IMG/VR virus record: IMGVR_UViG_3300028920_002946
Coordinates: 96,001 to 160,000 of that record
Direction: 5' to 3' (one strand)
Source: a virus
Length of the DNA: 64,000 nucleotides
Positions 44,985 through 53,707 of this stretch are shown one piece after another (the first letter of the stretch is position 1; each line of letters begins with the position of its first letter). Both the position numbers and the translations under genes were made by a program. Below the pieces are notes generated by a model, which worked only from the letters and a program-made list of their open reading frames with translations, was not told the origin of the DNA and searched no databases.

Positions 44985-45875
44985 ATGGGCGGGGCGTATT
45001 ACAACGAGATAGATCCCAAGGCCGCGGCATGGCTCAGGGAACTCATAAAGGAAGGGCTGATACCCGATGGAGAAGTCGATGAACGGAGCGTCGCCGAAGT
45101 TGGAGACGATGAACCTCTTCGATACACCCAATGCCACTTCTTCGCAGGCATCGGGGGGTGGGCAAGGAGCCTCCGGCTCGCAGGCTGGCCCGACGACCGA
45201 CCGGTCTGGACGGGATCCTGCCCCTGCCAGCCATTCTCCTGTGCGGGGCGCGGACTCGGAACTGACGACCCCCGCCATCTTTGGCCCCAGTTCAGAAGGC
45301 TCGTCGCCGAGTGCCGCCCTCCAGTCGTCTTTGGAGAGCAGGTTGCGAGCAAGGCTGGGCGCCTATGGCTCTCCGGAATACAGGCTGACCTGGAAGCATT
45401 GGGATATGCCGTCGGGGCTGCCGATCTGTGCGCTGCGGGCATCGGCGCGCCGCATATCAGGCAAAGGCTCTGGTGGGTGGCCGACTCCAATGCAGATGGA
45501 TCATTGGATGACGAACAATCCGAGGAAGGACGGGAGACAGAACCAACTTCCAAACATAGCGGCGCAGGCGGGATGGCCCAGCCCGATGGCAAACGAGAAG
45601 CGCAACCGCACGGTGAACCGGACGAACCCGGGGGCGGCGTGGGAGCCGAAGACAAGCCTGACGGACCTCGCATACATGGATTCTGGGCGGACGCAGCCTA
45701 CATCCCCTGTGCAGACGGAAAAGCGAGGCGCATTGAACCCGGAATTAGCCCGTTGGCTTATGGGGTATCCGGCAGAGTGGGGCTCCTGCGGGGCTACGGC
45801 AATGCGATCGTTCCAGAAGTCGCGGCGGAGTTCGTCCGGGCGTACACGGAGGTGAAGAATGAAAGTGCTGGTTGA
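44985..45875 (+). CDS. C5-MTase alpha-type subunit 2
   Basis: Paralogue of 43463: same motifs, short linker, LRGYGNAIVPEV. Confidence 0.88.
   Translation: MGGAYYNEIDPKAAAWLRELIKEGLIPDGEVDERSVAEVGDDEPLRYTQCHFFAGIGGWARSLRLAGWPDDRPVWTGSCPCQPFSCAGRGLGTDDPRHLWPQFRRLVAECRPPVVFGEQVASKAGRLWLSGIQADLEALGYAVGAADLCAAGIGAPHIRQRLWWVADSNADGSLDDEQSEEGRETEPTSKHSGAGGMAQPDGKREAQPHGEPDEPGGGVGAEDKPDGPRIHGFWADAAYIPCADGKARRIEPGISPLAYGVSGRVGLLRGYGNAIVPEVAAEFVRAYTEVKNESAG
45099..45181 (+). repeat. 83-bp exact direct repeat, copy 2
   Basis: Identical to 43577-43659. Confidence 0.9.
45109..45855 (+). CDS. C5-MTase beta-type subunit 2 in +1 frame with two modules
   Basis: MNLFDTPN start as in beta 1; GWPTP and GWPSP modules; ALNPELARWLMGYPAEW. 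Confidence 0.78.
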   Translation: MNLFDTPNATSSQASGGGQGASGSQAGPTTDRSGRDPAPASHSPVRGADSELTTPAIFGPSSEGSSPSAALQSSLESRLRARLGAYGSPEYRLTWKHWDMPSGLPICALRASARRISGKGSGGWPTPMQMDHWMTNNPRKDGRQNQLPNIAAQAGWPSPMANEKRNRTVNRTNPGAAWEPKTSLTDLAYMDSGRTQPTSPVQTEKRGALNPELARWLMGYPAEWGSCGATAMRSFQKSRRSSSGRTRR

Positions 45876-46233
45876 GTTCCTCAAGTTGAAGTTCGTAGAG
45901 ACAAGCGGGGCCATCAAGTCGCTTGGAAGATGCCTGCTCGAGTTTTCGGTTGTGCTGGCTCTGATGGTTGCCGCAGCAGTTGCCATGTGGATTCCGGGGT
46001 ATCTGGCGATAGGGATCCTCGCATGGGTCAACATGCCGTTGGTTGTGGTTATCCTGAATTCATTCGAATCCGATGCACTCTTGTGCGGACCAATCTTGAT
46101 GGCATCGGCGCTCACAATCCTCGGGCTATTGGGTTTTCTTGCCTGGGAGATGCTCAAATGGCTGCACTCCAATTGGGAACAGGCGAAGAGAAACGTTCAG
46201 GATCGGGAGTCGGCAGGTCAGATTTCAGGTTAA
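45859..46233 (+). CDS. Multi-TM membrane protein
   Basis: GGAGGTG RBS; three hydrophobic helices; AT-richer. Confidence 0.65.
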   Translation: MKVLVEFLKLKFVETSGAIKSLGRCLLEFSVVLALMVAAAVAMWIPGYLAIGILAWVNMPLVVVILNSFESDALLCGPILMASALTILGLLGFLAWEMLKWLHSNWEQAKRNVQDRESAGQISG

Positions 46234-46258
46234 ATCCGGCCGCCCGCGGTAGTATATT
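46230..46258 (+). promoter_or_regulatory. Promoter TTAAAT-N17-TATATT
   Basis: Heads the recombination/replication operon. Confidence 0.6.
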
Positions 46259-46289
46259 CGGTTAGGCGGCAAAGTTTCAGGTTCCGAGC

Positions 46290-46345
46290 GCACCCGATCG
46301 GGTGCAAAAAAGCGTCAGACGGCAACGTCATACCCGAACGGGTAT
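46290..46345. promoter_or_regulatory. Pair of related palindromes (ACCCGAWCGGGT core)
   Basis: GCACCCGATCGGGTGC at 46290-46305 and ATACCCGAACGGGTAT at 46330-46345, centres 40 bp apart. Confidence 0.65.
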
Positions 46346-46357
46346 AAAGGAGAACAC

Positions 46358-47407
46358 ATGAGCGTCGAACCCGCCGTGATCTACGACGAACTCCTTGCGG
46401 TCAAGGTCGAATTGGACTTCGAGGACGACCCCCGCCCCTCCACCCTGCAGGACAAGATCATCGAGTGCAACGGGGCCATGCGCAAGGTCGAGAAGCGCAT
46501 GATACAGGTGACCCGCGAACTCGCGGGGCGCGAGAAGGATCTCAAGATCGAGGAGGCCCGCCTGGAGGTCAAGAAGCGCAGCCTTCTGATCAACGACCCT
46601 GAGATAAAGAAGAAGCCGACCGGCAAGGAGCGGGAGGCGGCCGCGGACGAGATGCTCGAAGGTGATCTCAAGAAGCTTCTCGATATGGGGAACGCGGTGG
46701 CGGAACTGCACAACCTGCAGTCCTCCATCAAGCTGGTCCACCAGAACTTGAAGACGACCAACTCCGACATCCGCACTCTCATGCGGATTATGGAGCAGCA
46801 GATATCCAGGCTCAACGTCGGCACGAGGGACGACAAAGAGGTCAAGGATCTCATGGACGGCCTGGGGGAGGCCGACGAACTGGACGGGGAGATGACGTTG
46901 GACGATGTCGAGTCATCGGCCGAGGGGGACGAGGCGCGGGAGCCGGACGGCCCGGCAGGGGAGGGGATCCAAGATCAGACGGACACCCCCTCCGACGGGG
47001 ACGGTAGCGACGGCGCCGAGGACGAACTCGATTCGCTGGAGTCGTTCATCGCCGACGGGGATTCGGAGTCCAATGGGGGCGAAGAGGCCCCCGACGACGA
47101 ACCCAAAGGCGACGGCGACGACGGATCCGCTCAATCGGCGGTCGCGATCGAAGGCGAGCCAGACAACGCTCAAAACGTAGACGCGACGGAGGCCGCCGGA
47201 AACGGCGGCGGAGGATCCGACGAAGGGGGGCTCGACATCGACTTGGGCGACATCCTGGGGGGCGACGCGGAGGCGGCGCCACCGAAACCCCAGGACAAGC
47301 CCGCGGAGCCGGCGGGGGAGACGAAGCCGGAGGGGCCGCCCCCCAAGCAGGATGGTTCGGGGGACGACTTCGACATCGAGGACCTCCTTGGGAGCCTCGA
47401 TGTCTAG
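46358..47407 (+). CDS. Coiled-coil protein with long acidic tail (possible UvsY-like recombination mediator)
   Basis: Helical N-terminal half, D/E/G/P-rich tail; leads the SSB-RuvC-RecA operon. UvsY call is tentative. Confidence 0.5.
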   Translation: MSVEPAVIYDELLAVKVELDFEDDPRPSTLQDKIIECNGAMRKVEKRMIQVTRELAGREKDLKIEEARLEVKKRSLLINDPEIKKKPTGKEREAAADEMLEGDLKKLLDMGNAVAELHNLQSSIKLVHQNLKTTNSDIRTLMRIMEQQISRLNVGTRDDKEVKDLMDGLGEADELDGEMTLDDVESSAEGDEAREPDGPAGEGIQDQTDTPSDGDGSDGAEDELDSLESFIADGDSESNGGEEAPDDEPKGDGDDGSAQSAVAIEGEPDNAQNVDATEAAGNGGGGSDEGGLDIDLGDILGGDAEAAPPKPQDKPAEPAGETKPEGPPPKQDGSGDDFDIEDLLGSLDV

Positions 47408-47423
47408 CGAGGGCCGGAAGGGC

Positions 47424-47741
47424 ATGGACATAGGCCAGATCGTCATGGACGGCATGAGAGACGTCGTCCGCGAGCGCCTCGGCGAAAAGGCCGCGTCCAA
47501 GCTTGACTGCAAGGATGCGCGGAAGCGCATCTCCAAGAGGGTCTTCCAGTACTTATTCCACGAGCTGTTGGCCACCGGGAAGGTGCGACTCCCGCCCGGG
47601 CTCGGCACGCTGCAGGTGATGGGCGTGAAGCGGAAGGTGGTCAAGGTCTTCGACAAAAAGAGCAACACAATGGTCGAGAGGCGTGTGAGCGGCAAAAGGG
47701 TCGTTTACAGGCCGGGAGACACAATCCGCGAATTCCTATAG
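47424..47741 (+). CDS. HU/IHF-like DNA-binding protein
   Basis: LLATGKVRLPPGLGTLQV...RVVYRPGDTIREFL. Confidence 0.75.
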   Translation: MDIGQIVMDGMRDVVRERLGEKAASKLDCKDARKRISKRVFQYLFHELLATGKVRLPPGLGTLQVMGVKRKVVKVFDKKSNTMVERRVSGKRVVYRPGDTIREFL

Positions 47742-47763
47742 GGAGCGCAAGAGGAGAGTAGCC

Positions 47764-48405
47764 ATGGCTGTTGAGGAGTTTGGATTCGACAGGGAAGACA
47801 TCCAGCCCACCAGGTTCAAGAAGTACAAGGGCAAGGCCGGAAAGACAGACCGCGTCGCCATCGTGTTCGACGAGGGGCAGAAGCCCTGCGTCGGCGCTAC
47901 GTGCCACTTCAAGGACAGGTACTTCCTGTGCAAGAGCACGGACGAGAAGAAGGAGATCTGCTGCCTGCACAGCTACGAAGGGAACATACCGAAGACGCGG
48001 GTGGCATGCATCATCATCATCTACGACATCGCCGAGAAGGAGGGCAAGAAGTCCCTCCGGGGCTACGAGCTGATCCCGTGGATCTTCAGCGAGGCGACCT
48101 ACAGGAAGCTCAACATCCTCGGCAAGGAGTGGCCGCTGGACAAGCACGACCTCCTGCTGACGTGCACGAACGAGGATTTCCAGACCATCGAGGTCAACAA
48201 CTGCAAGGAGTGCTTCTGGAAGTCCAGCGACGACCTCAAGAGGAAGATCATCGCCGAGGCCGACAAGCTGCGGCCGACGCTCGGGCGCCAGCTCGCCGCC
48301 GATCTCAGCATCTCGGAGATCCGTGAGCAGCTGGGCATCGACGCCCCGGGCGCCGAGGACGCCGCCGTCGACGTGAACATCGGCGACGTCGTCGGGAACC
48401 TGTAG
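47764..48405 (+). CDS. Probable gp32-like single-stranded DNA-binding protein
   Basis: His/Cys cluster (CHF...LC...CC), WIFS..TY..L, acidic C-terminus, context next to RuvC/RecA. Confidence 0.55.
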   Translation: MAVEEFGFDREDIQPTRFKKYKGKAGKTDRVAIVFDEGQKPCVGATCHFKDRYFLCKSTDEKKEICCLHSYEGNIPKTRVACIIIIYDIAEKEGKKSLRGYELIPWIFSEATYRKLNILGKEWPLDKHDLLLTCTNEDFQTIEVNNCKECFWKSSDDLKRKIIAEADKLRPTLGRQLAADLSISEIREQLGIDAPGAEDAAVDVNIGDVVGNL

Positions 48406-48408
48406 CCC

Positions 48409-49128
48409 ATGCCGCGCATTCTCGGGCTGGATCCATCCCTGCAGAAGGCGGGGTACGTCGTATTGGACAGCGGCGGCCCGGACTCGGAGACGGTCGAGAG
48501 GGGGCTCCTCAAGACGTCGCCGAGGGACGGCGTCACCGTCCAGAGGCTCGTGATCCAGTCCGAGCGCGTGGGCGCGCTCATGTCGAGGCACGGAATCAGG
48601 TTCGTGGGCATGGAGGCCCCGTTCTTCGGGGCGGGAAGCACGGAGGTGCTGTTCGCGCTGAACCAATTCCTCCACCGGGTCTTTTTGGACGCCGGGGCCT
48701 ACGTGGTGTGTTTCCCGCCCCAGATGCTGAAGAAGCTGGTGTTCCCCGACACGAGCGTGGCCGAGGTCCACAAGCCGCACATGATCCACAGGGCAAAAGA
48801 GGCCTTGGGCCTCGTCGGAAAGAGGCTCGCGGAGGATGTCGCGGACGCCTATTGGGCCGGGATCTTCGGCGAGAGGTTCTACAGGTGGCACATAGAAAAG
48901 ACGCTGCCGACGGAGGGGCTCGGCGAGTACGAGCGGCACACCTTCTGCGGCAAGCACGAGTACACCCGCGGCCCGAAGAAGGGCTACACCGATCTCACCG
49001 GGATCGTGTACAGGGAGAACGAACTGTTCTTCGACTTTGAGGCCATCAAAAGGAGAGCGAAGGAAGCCCATGCCAAGAAAAAAGCCGAAGCAAAAGTCAA
49101 AGGCGCCAAAAGAGCCAAGCAGCGGTAA
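48409..49128 (+). CDS. ruvC: RuvC-like Holliday junction resolvase
   Basis: ILGLDPS, VGMEAP, DVADAY. Confidence 0.82.
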   Translation: MPRILGLDPSLQKAGYVVLDSGGPDSETVERGLLKTSPRDGVTVQRLVIQSERVGALMSRHGIRFVGMEAPFFGAGSTEVLFALNQFLHRVFLDAGAYVVCFPPQMLKKLVFPDTSVAEVHKPHMIHRAKEALGLVGKRLAEDVADAYWAGIFGERFYRWHIEKTLPTEGLGEYERHTFCGKHEYTRGPKKGYTDLTGIVYRENELFFDFEAIKRRAKEAHAKKKAEAKVKGAKRAKQR

Positions 49129-50368
49129 GGCGTCCGACGCCGAGGCCCTCGCCTTCATAGAGGGTTTGAAGAAGGAGGGCGTCGTCGGCGACATCAAGAA
49201 GAAGATCGACTTCGTGTCGACCGGATCGTGGGTCGTCAACCGCCTCATCGGCGACGGCACCCACGACGACCGCCCGGGCGGCGTGCCGCGCGGATACATG
49301 ACGGAGATATATGGCGACGAGGGGTGCGGCAAGACGACCCTCGGGCTGCACATCGCCAAACAGGCCATCGACGCGGGCGAACGCGTGGTCTACGCGGACT
49401 TCGAGAAGAGCCTCCGGACGCAGTTCAAGTACATAGAGAACATCGGGCTGGACATTTCGCCGCCGAATTTCCTCCATCTCGAGCCGAACAACTTCGAGGA
49501 GGGCGTGAAGCTCATCGGGAAGGCGATGATGATGCTGTCCCCGGCGGTCATCATCGTGGACTCGGTGACGACCATGATACCGAAGGCCGCGTTCGAGGCC
49601 GACGCCGACGAGGGCGTCCAGGTCGGGCTCCACGCGAAGCTGACCGGCTCGTGGCTGAATTGGATGCAGAAGCGTTTGACGAGGAAGAACGTCGCCCTCG
49701 TGCTCATCAACCAGATGCGGAGCAACATCAAGACCGACATCTACGACACCGCCCCGAAGGAGATAACTTCCGGCGGCCGCGCCATCCGGTTCTACACGAC
49801 GGTCAGAGTCCACATGCGGACGTCGTCCAAAGAGATGGTCGACAACATAAGCGTCATCACCGGGGTGTCCGAAAAGAAAGCCATCAGCCAGACCATCAAG
49901 GTCTTCATCGAGAAGAACAAGCTGGACATGCCGTTCAAGTCCGGGCCGATCTACATCCAGTTCGGGCAGGGCATCGACAACGTCCTGTCGCTCGTCGAAC
50001 TGGCATGCAACCGCAAGATCATCAAGGGGAGCGGCGCCTGGTTCTCGTGGGAGGACAAGGACACCGGGCTCTCGTTCAAGGTGCAGGGAAAGTCGGCCCT
50101 CAAGAAGCACCTCGAGGAGAACCCCGAGATACTCGAGGTCATCAAGCCCAAGCTCGTCCCCAGCCGCGACGAAACCGAGATGGACAACGCGATGAGGAAG
50201 CTTGAGGCCAGGGGCATCGGCAACCTCACCAAGGAGGAGAAGGAGCAGCTGAAGGCGATACGCAAGGCCAAGGGGATGTCCGTCAACGACCTCGACATGA
50301 ATTCGGAGGACGCCGACGACCTCGCCGAGCTGGAAGAGGCCATCGACACGGGCAAGAAGGAGGAGTAG
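49070..50368 (+). CDS. recA: RecA/UvsX recombinase
   Basis: STGS, GGVPRGYMTEIYGDEGCGKTT, IIVDSV, INQMR, TSGGRAIRFY, EKNK. Confidence 0.95.
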   Translation: MPRKKPKQKSKAPKEPSSGKASDAEALAFIEGLKKEGVVGDIKKKIDFVSTGSWVVNRLIGDGTHDDRPGGVPRGYMTEIYGDEGCGKTTLGLHIAKQAIDAGERVVYADFEKSLRTQFKYIENIGLDISPPNFLHLEPNNFEEGVKLIGKAMMMLSPAVIIVDSVTTMIPKAAFEADADEGVQVGLHAKLTGSWLNWMQKRLTRKNVALVLINQMRSNIKTDIYDTAPKEITSGGRAIRFYTTVRVHMRTSSKEMVDNISVITGVSEKKAISQTIKVFIEKNKLDMPFKSGPIYIQFGQGIDNVLSLVELACNRKIIKGSGAWFSWEDKDTGLSFKVQGKSALKKHLEENPEILEVIKPKLVPSRDETEMDNAMRKLEARGIGNLTKEEKEQLKAIRKAKGMSVNDLDMNSEDADDLAELEEAIDTGKKEE

Positions 50369-50371
50369 GGT

Positions 50372-51547
50372 TTGGTACGGGTCGAGATAACGAACTACGA
50401 GTCCATCGACCACGCCGTCATCGAGATCGACGGCTTCACGACGGTCGTGGGGCCCAACTACAGCGGCAAGAGCGCCGCGATGAGGGCGATCAACGCGGCC
50501 CTCACCAACCAATCGGGCATGGAGTTCGTGCGGTGGGGGCAGGACTACTGCGAGGTGCGCATAGAGGCCCCCGGCCTCGACCTGCTGTGGCACAAGGAGG
50601 AGGGGAACAACCATTACGTCGTCAACGGGAGCAGATACGCCAAGATAGGACGCGACGAGCCGCCGCGCGAGGTCAGCCAGCTCGGCTACGGCACCGTCAA
50701 GGTGTCCGGGCAGAAGCACGACCTCCACTACGCCGACCAGTTCACCCCGCTGTTCCTCGTGGACGACCAAAACACGAAGACGGCCGACCTGGTGGCGTCC
50801 GTCTACGGGCTGGACAGGCTCTACAAGGCGTCGGAACTGTGCAGCAAGGATCAGCGCTCGAACGACTCGCTGCTGAAGGTGCGCAAGAGGGACTTGGAGG
50901 ACGCAAGGTCGGATCTCAAGAGGTTCGAGGGTCTCGACGACGTGCTACGCAAGGCGAAGGCCATCAAGGCGGCGCGCGAGCGGATAGACGAGGGCCGGGC
51001 GCAAATAGATCGGGCCTCCTCCTGGGCGAGGGCCATGTCGGAGGCCTCCATCAAGTGCAAGAGGCTGAGGCCGGCCGCTGGCGTGCCGATTCCGGAATCC
51101 GACACCCTCGCGGGGGATCTTCAAAGGTACGGCGCCGCCCGGGGATTCCTCGACCGCATCGGGCGGCTGCAGTCGGAGACGGCGGCGTTGAGGCCGGCCG
51201 CGGAGGCGGTGCTGCCGGATTCCGGGCCGCTCGGCGCGCGCGTGGGGGAGCTAAGTGGTGCGAGGGGCATGCTGTCCAGACTCCAGGCGGTCGCCGCGGA
51301 GGAGCGGGGGCTGAGGGGCGTTTTGGAGGTTTCAGTCCCCGAGTCCATGTCGGCCGGCCTGCGCGACTCGATGGAGAGGGTTTCCCGCGCCAAGGGGTAT
51401 ATCGAGTCTCTCAAGTCCGGCAAAGCGGAGATTTCCTCGCTGAAGACCCAACTGTCGAAATGCGAGGCCGATCTGGAAACGGTCGAGGATGAGCGGGCGT
51501 CATTTGACAGGTGTCCGCTCTGCAACCAGAAGTTGGAGGCGGCGTGA
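50372..51547 (+). CDS. sbcC: SbcC/Rad50-like protein, N-terminal half (Walker A, coiled coil, zinc hook)
   Basis: ITNYESI, VGPNYSGKS, Q-loop YADQF, long coiled coil, ends CPLCNQKLEAA. Confidence 0.85.
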   Translation: MVRVEITNYESIDHAVIEIDGFTTVVGPNYSGKSAAMRAINAALTNQSGMEFVRWGQDYCEVRIEAPGLDLLWHKEEGNNHYVVNGSRYAKIGRDEPPREVSQLGYGTVKVSGQKHDLHYADQFTPLFLVDDQNTKTADLVASVYGLDRLYKASELCSKDQRSNDSLLKVRKRDLEDARSDLKRFEGLDDVLRKAKAIKAARERIDEGRAQIDRASSWARAMSEASIKCKRLRPAAGVPIPESDTLAGDLQRYGAARGFLDRIGRLQSETAALRPAAEAVLPDSGPLGARVGELSGARGMLSRLQAVAAEERGLRGVLEVSVPESMSAGLRDSMERVSRAKGYIESLKSGKAEISSLKTQLSKCEADLETVEDERASFDRCPLCNQKLEAA

Positions 51548-52581
51548 TGCTCGAAACGGCTACAAGGTTCATCACGTTCGCCGACGTGCATGCCAGCGCC
51601 ATCAACCCCGGGTCGCGCATCGGCGACTATCTGGGCGACATCCTCGCGAAGCTCGTGCAGATAGGCAGGGTCGGGAGGAAGGTCGGCGCGCACTTCTACA
51701 TCCTCGCCGGCGACCTGTTCAACTTGAAACAGCCGATTCGCAACCCCCATAGCCTGAACCGGGTGCTCGCGGAGGTGTTCAAGGAATACGGCGCCCCGAT
51801 ATACGCGACCGAGGGCAACCACGATCTGCGAAACGACAGTTACGAGACATTCGACGAGCAGCCCCTTAGCGTGCTCTACGAGACCGGGGTCCTCGTACAG
51901 GCCCGGGACGAGCTGTTCACCTTGGAAAACGGGATGTCCATACAGATACGGTCGTTCCCGTTCGAGGAGAATCCCGACATCAACTCGATGCCGGCATGCA
52001 ACAGGGTGGCCGACTACCACATAGCCATCCTACACCTGTACTCCAGCCCCTCGGGGGGCAGCCTTCATGGCATGCGGGTCTACTCCTACCCGGAGATAGC
52101 CGGGTTGGGGGACGACATGTTCGTCATGGGCCACTACCACATAGACCAAGGCATCCGGGTCGTGCGCCACGGCGACCGTGACGCGACGTTCGTGAACGTC
52201 GGGGCCATAAGCCGCGGTAGCTTGGTCGATGACAACCTCGACAGGATCCCGCGAATCGGATATGTGACGCTCCACAACATTGTCAGGGAGGGCCCGATGG
52301 GACCCAAGGTGATGGACGGGGCGACGGTGGACGCGAAGTCCGTGCGGCTGAAGGTCAAACCGGCCGGGGAGGTGTTCGACCTCGAGGCCAAAGAGGACGA
52401 AAAGAGGAGGATGGGCGAGGCCGAGGCCTTCGTGGAGAAGTTGAGGATCGAGGAGGACGAGGAGGGGGGCACGGACAGGCTGGACGAGGCCATCGACTCC
52501 CTCGACGTGGACAAGGACGTGCTCGACAGCGTGCGGCACTACCTGCAGGAAGCGGACATATCGCTCAAGGACGTCAAATGA
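51547..52581 (+). CDS. sbcD: SbcD/Mre11 metallophosphoesterase nuclease
   Basis: ADVH, AGDLF, GNHD, LH, GHYH. Confidence 0.9.
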   Translation: MLETATRFITFADVHASAINPGSRIGDYLGDILAKLVQIGRVGRKVGAHFYILAGDLFNLKQPIRNPHSLNRVLAEVFKEYGAPIYATEGNHDLRNDSYETFDEQPLSVLYETGVLVQARDELFTLENGMSIQIRSFPFEENPDINSMPACNRVADYHIAILHLYSSPSGGSLHGMRVYSYPEIAGLGDDMFVMGHYHIDQGIRVVRHGDRDATFVNVGAISRGSLVDDNLDRIPRIGYVTLHNIVREGPMGPKVMDGATVDAKSVRLKVKPAGEVFDLEAKEDEKRRMGEAEAFVEKLRIEEDEEGGTDRLDEAIDSLDVDKDVLDSVRHYLQEADISLKDVK

Positions 52582-53411
52582 AGCTGTCGTACACGGAATA
52601 CCGAAGGTATCTCGACTGCCCGCGCCTCTATAGGATGAAAAGGGACAGGATCGAGCCGCCCGAGAGGGAGAGCAGGTACTTTGCGCTGTACGGCCTCCTC
52701 GTTGAGAGATTCTTCGAGAGGTACACGAACCGCATCTGCAAAACCGGGCGCGTCCTCAAGGACGAGGAGGTCCGATACCTCCTCGGGGAAATGTGGAAGA
52801 TAACCCTCGACGAGAACTACGTCGTGTGGACCGACCCGTGGGTCAAGCAGACCGAGGATCAGATTTTCGAGACGGCCTATGAGGATGTCCTCGAAAATAT
52901 GAGGAAGTTCGACTTCTGGGGGCACGCGAGGGCTGAAGTCCCCTTCCGCATCAACCTGAGGAAGTCCGGGGACGCACTGACCTGCCGCATGGACTTCATC
53001 CACACCCCGGAGGACGGCTCCGGCGTCGAGATACTCGACGGCAAGGGCAAGATGAAGATCGACAAGGACGCCGACTTGGAGCAGCTGTATTTTTACGCAC
53101 TCGTGTATCTGCTCCGCAACGGGCGGCTTCCGAAGAGAATCGGCTTCCTCTACTACAGGTTCAAGCTCATAAAGTACATCGACTTCGATGCGGACACGAT
53201 ACTCTCGTTCAGGGACAAGCTCGCCCTCGTGAAGACTTCGATAAAGAGGGACACCGAGTTCGCCCCAAAGGTGAAACTGAGCAAGCACTGCCGCTGGTGC
53301 CCGTACAGGTTCGACTGCGACGCCTTCCGCATGAAGAAGGAGGCCAACGCCAAGAAGCGGAACAAGGGCATCGAGGGTTGGGCGGGGCAGGCCGTGGAAC
53401 TGGATCTATAG
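52578..53411 (+). CDS. Cas4/RecB-like PD-(D/E)XK exonuclease
   Basis: YLDCPR, RMDFI, ILDGK, QLYFY, HCRWCPYRFDC. Confidence 0.85.
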   Translation: MKLSYTEYRRYLDCPRLYRMKRDRIEPPERESRYFALYGLLVERFFERYTNRICKTGRVLKDEEVRYLLGEMWKITLDENYVVWTDPWVKQTEDQIFETAYEDVLENMRKFDFWGHARAEVPFRINLRKSGDALTCRMDFIHTPEDGSGVEILDGKGKMKIDKDADLEQLYFYALVYLLRNGRLPKRIGFLYYRFKLIKYIDFDADTILSFRDKLALVKTSIKRDTEFAPKVKLSKHCRWCPYRFDCDAFRMKKEANAKKRNKGIEGWAGQAVELDL

Positions 53412-53420
53412 GAGGGCCGG

Positions 53421-53684
53421 ATGGCCGACCAGGTTGAGAGATTCAAGGAGCTCGAGGCGCGGAGGCAGGAACTGTCCACCAAGAAGATAAGGCTGGAGGA
53501 GCAGTACAACGCCAAGCGCGAAACCCTGGCCGCCCTCATCGAGGAGGTCAAGGGGGCCGGCTACGACCCGAAGACGTTGAAGAAGACCATATCGGAGATG
53601 GAAAAGAAACTCGCCGCGGACATCGAGGAGTTTGAGGCGGCCATAAACAATGCCTCCCGGCAGCTGGCATCAATCGAGTCCTGA
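53421..53684 (+). CDS. Short coiled-coil protein
   Basis: 87 aa heptad pattern, AGGAGG RBS. Confidence 0.75.
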   Translation: MADQVERFKELEARRQELSTKKIRLEEQYNAKRETLAALIEEVKGAGYDPKTLKKTISEMEKKLAADIEEFEAAINNASRQLASIES

Positions 53685-53707
53685 CCGGGGGCGAAAGGAG
53701 ACTCAAG

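Noticed and set aside
46290-46311. Terminator call for the palindrome followed by AAAAAA
   Set aside because: No U-tract follows the hairpin on either strand.
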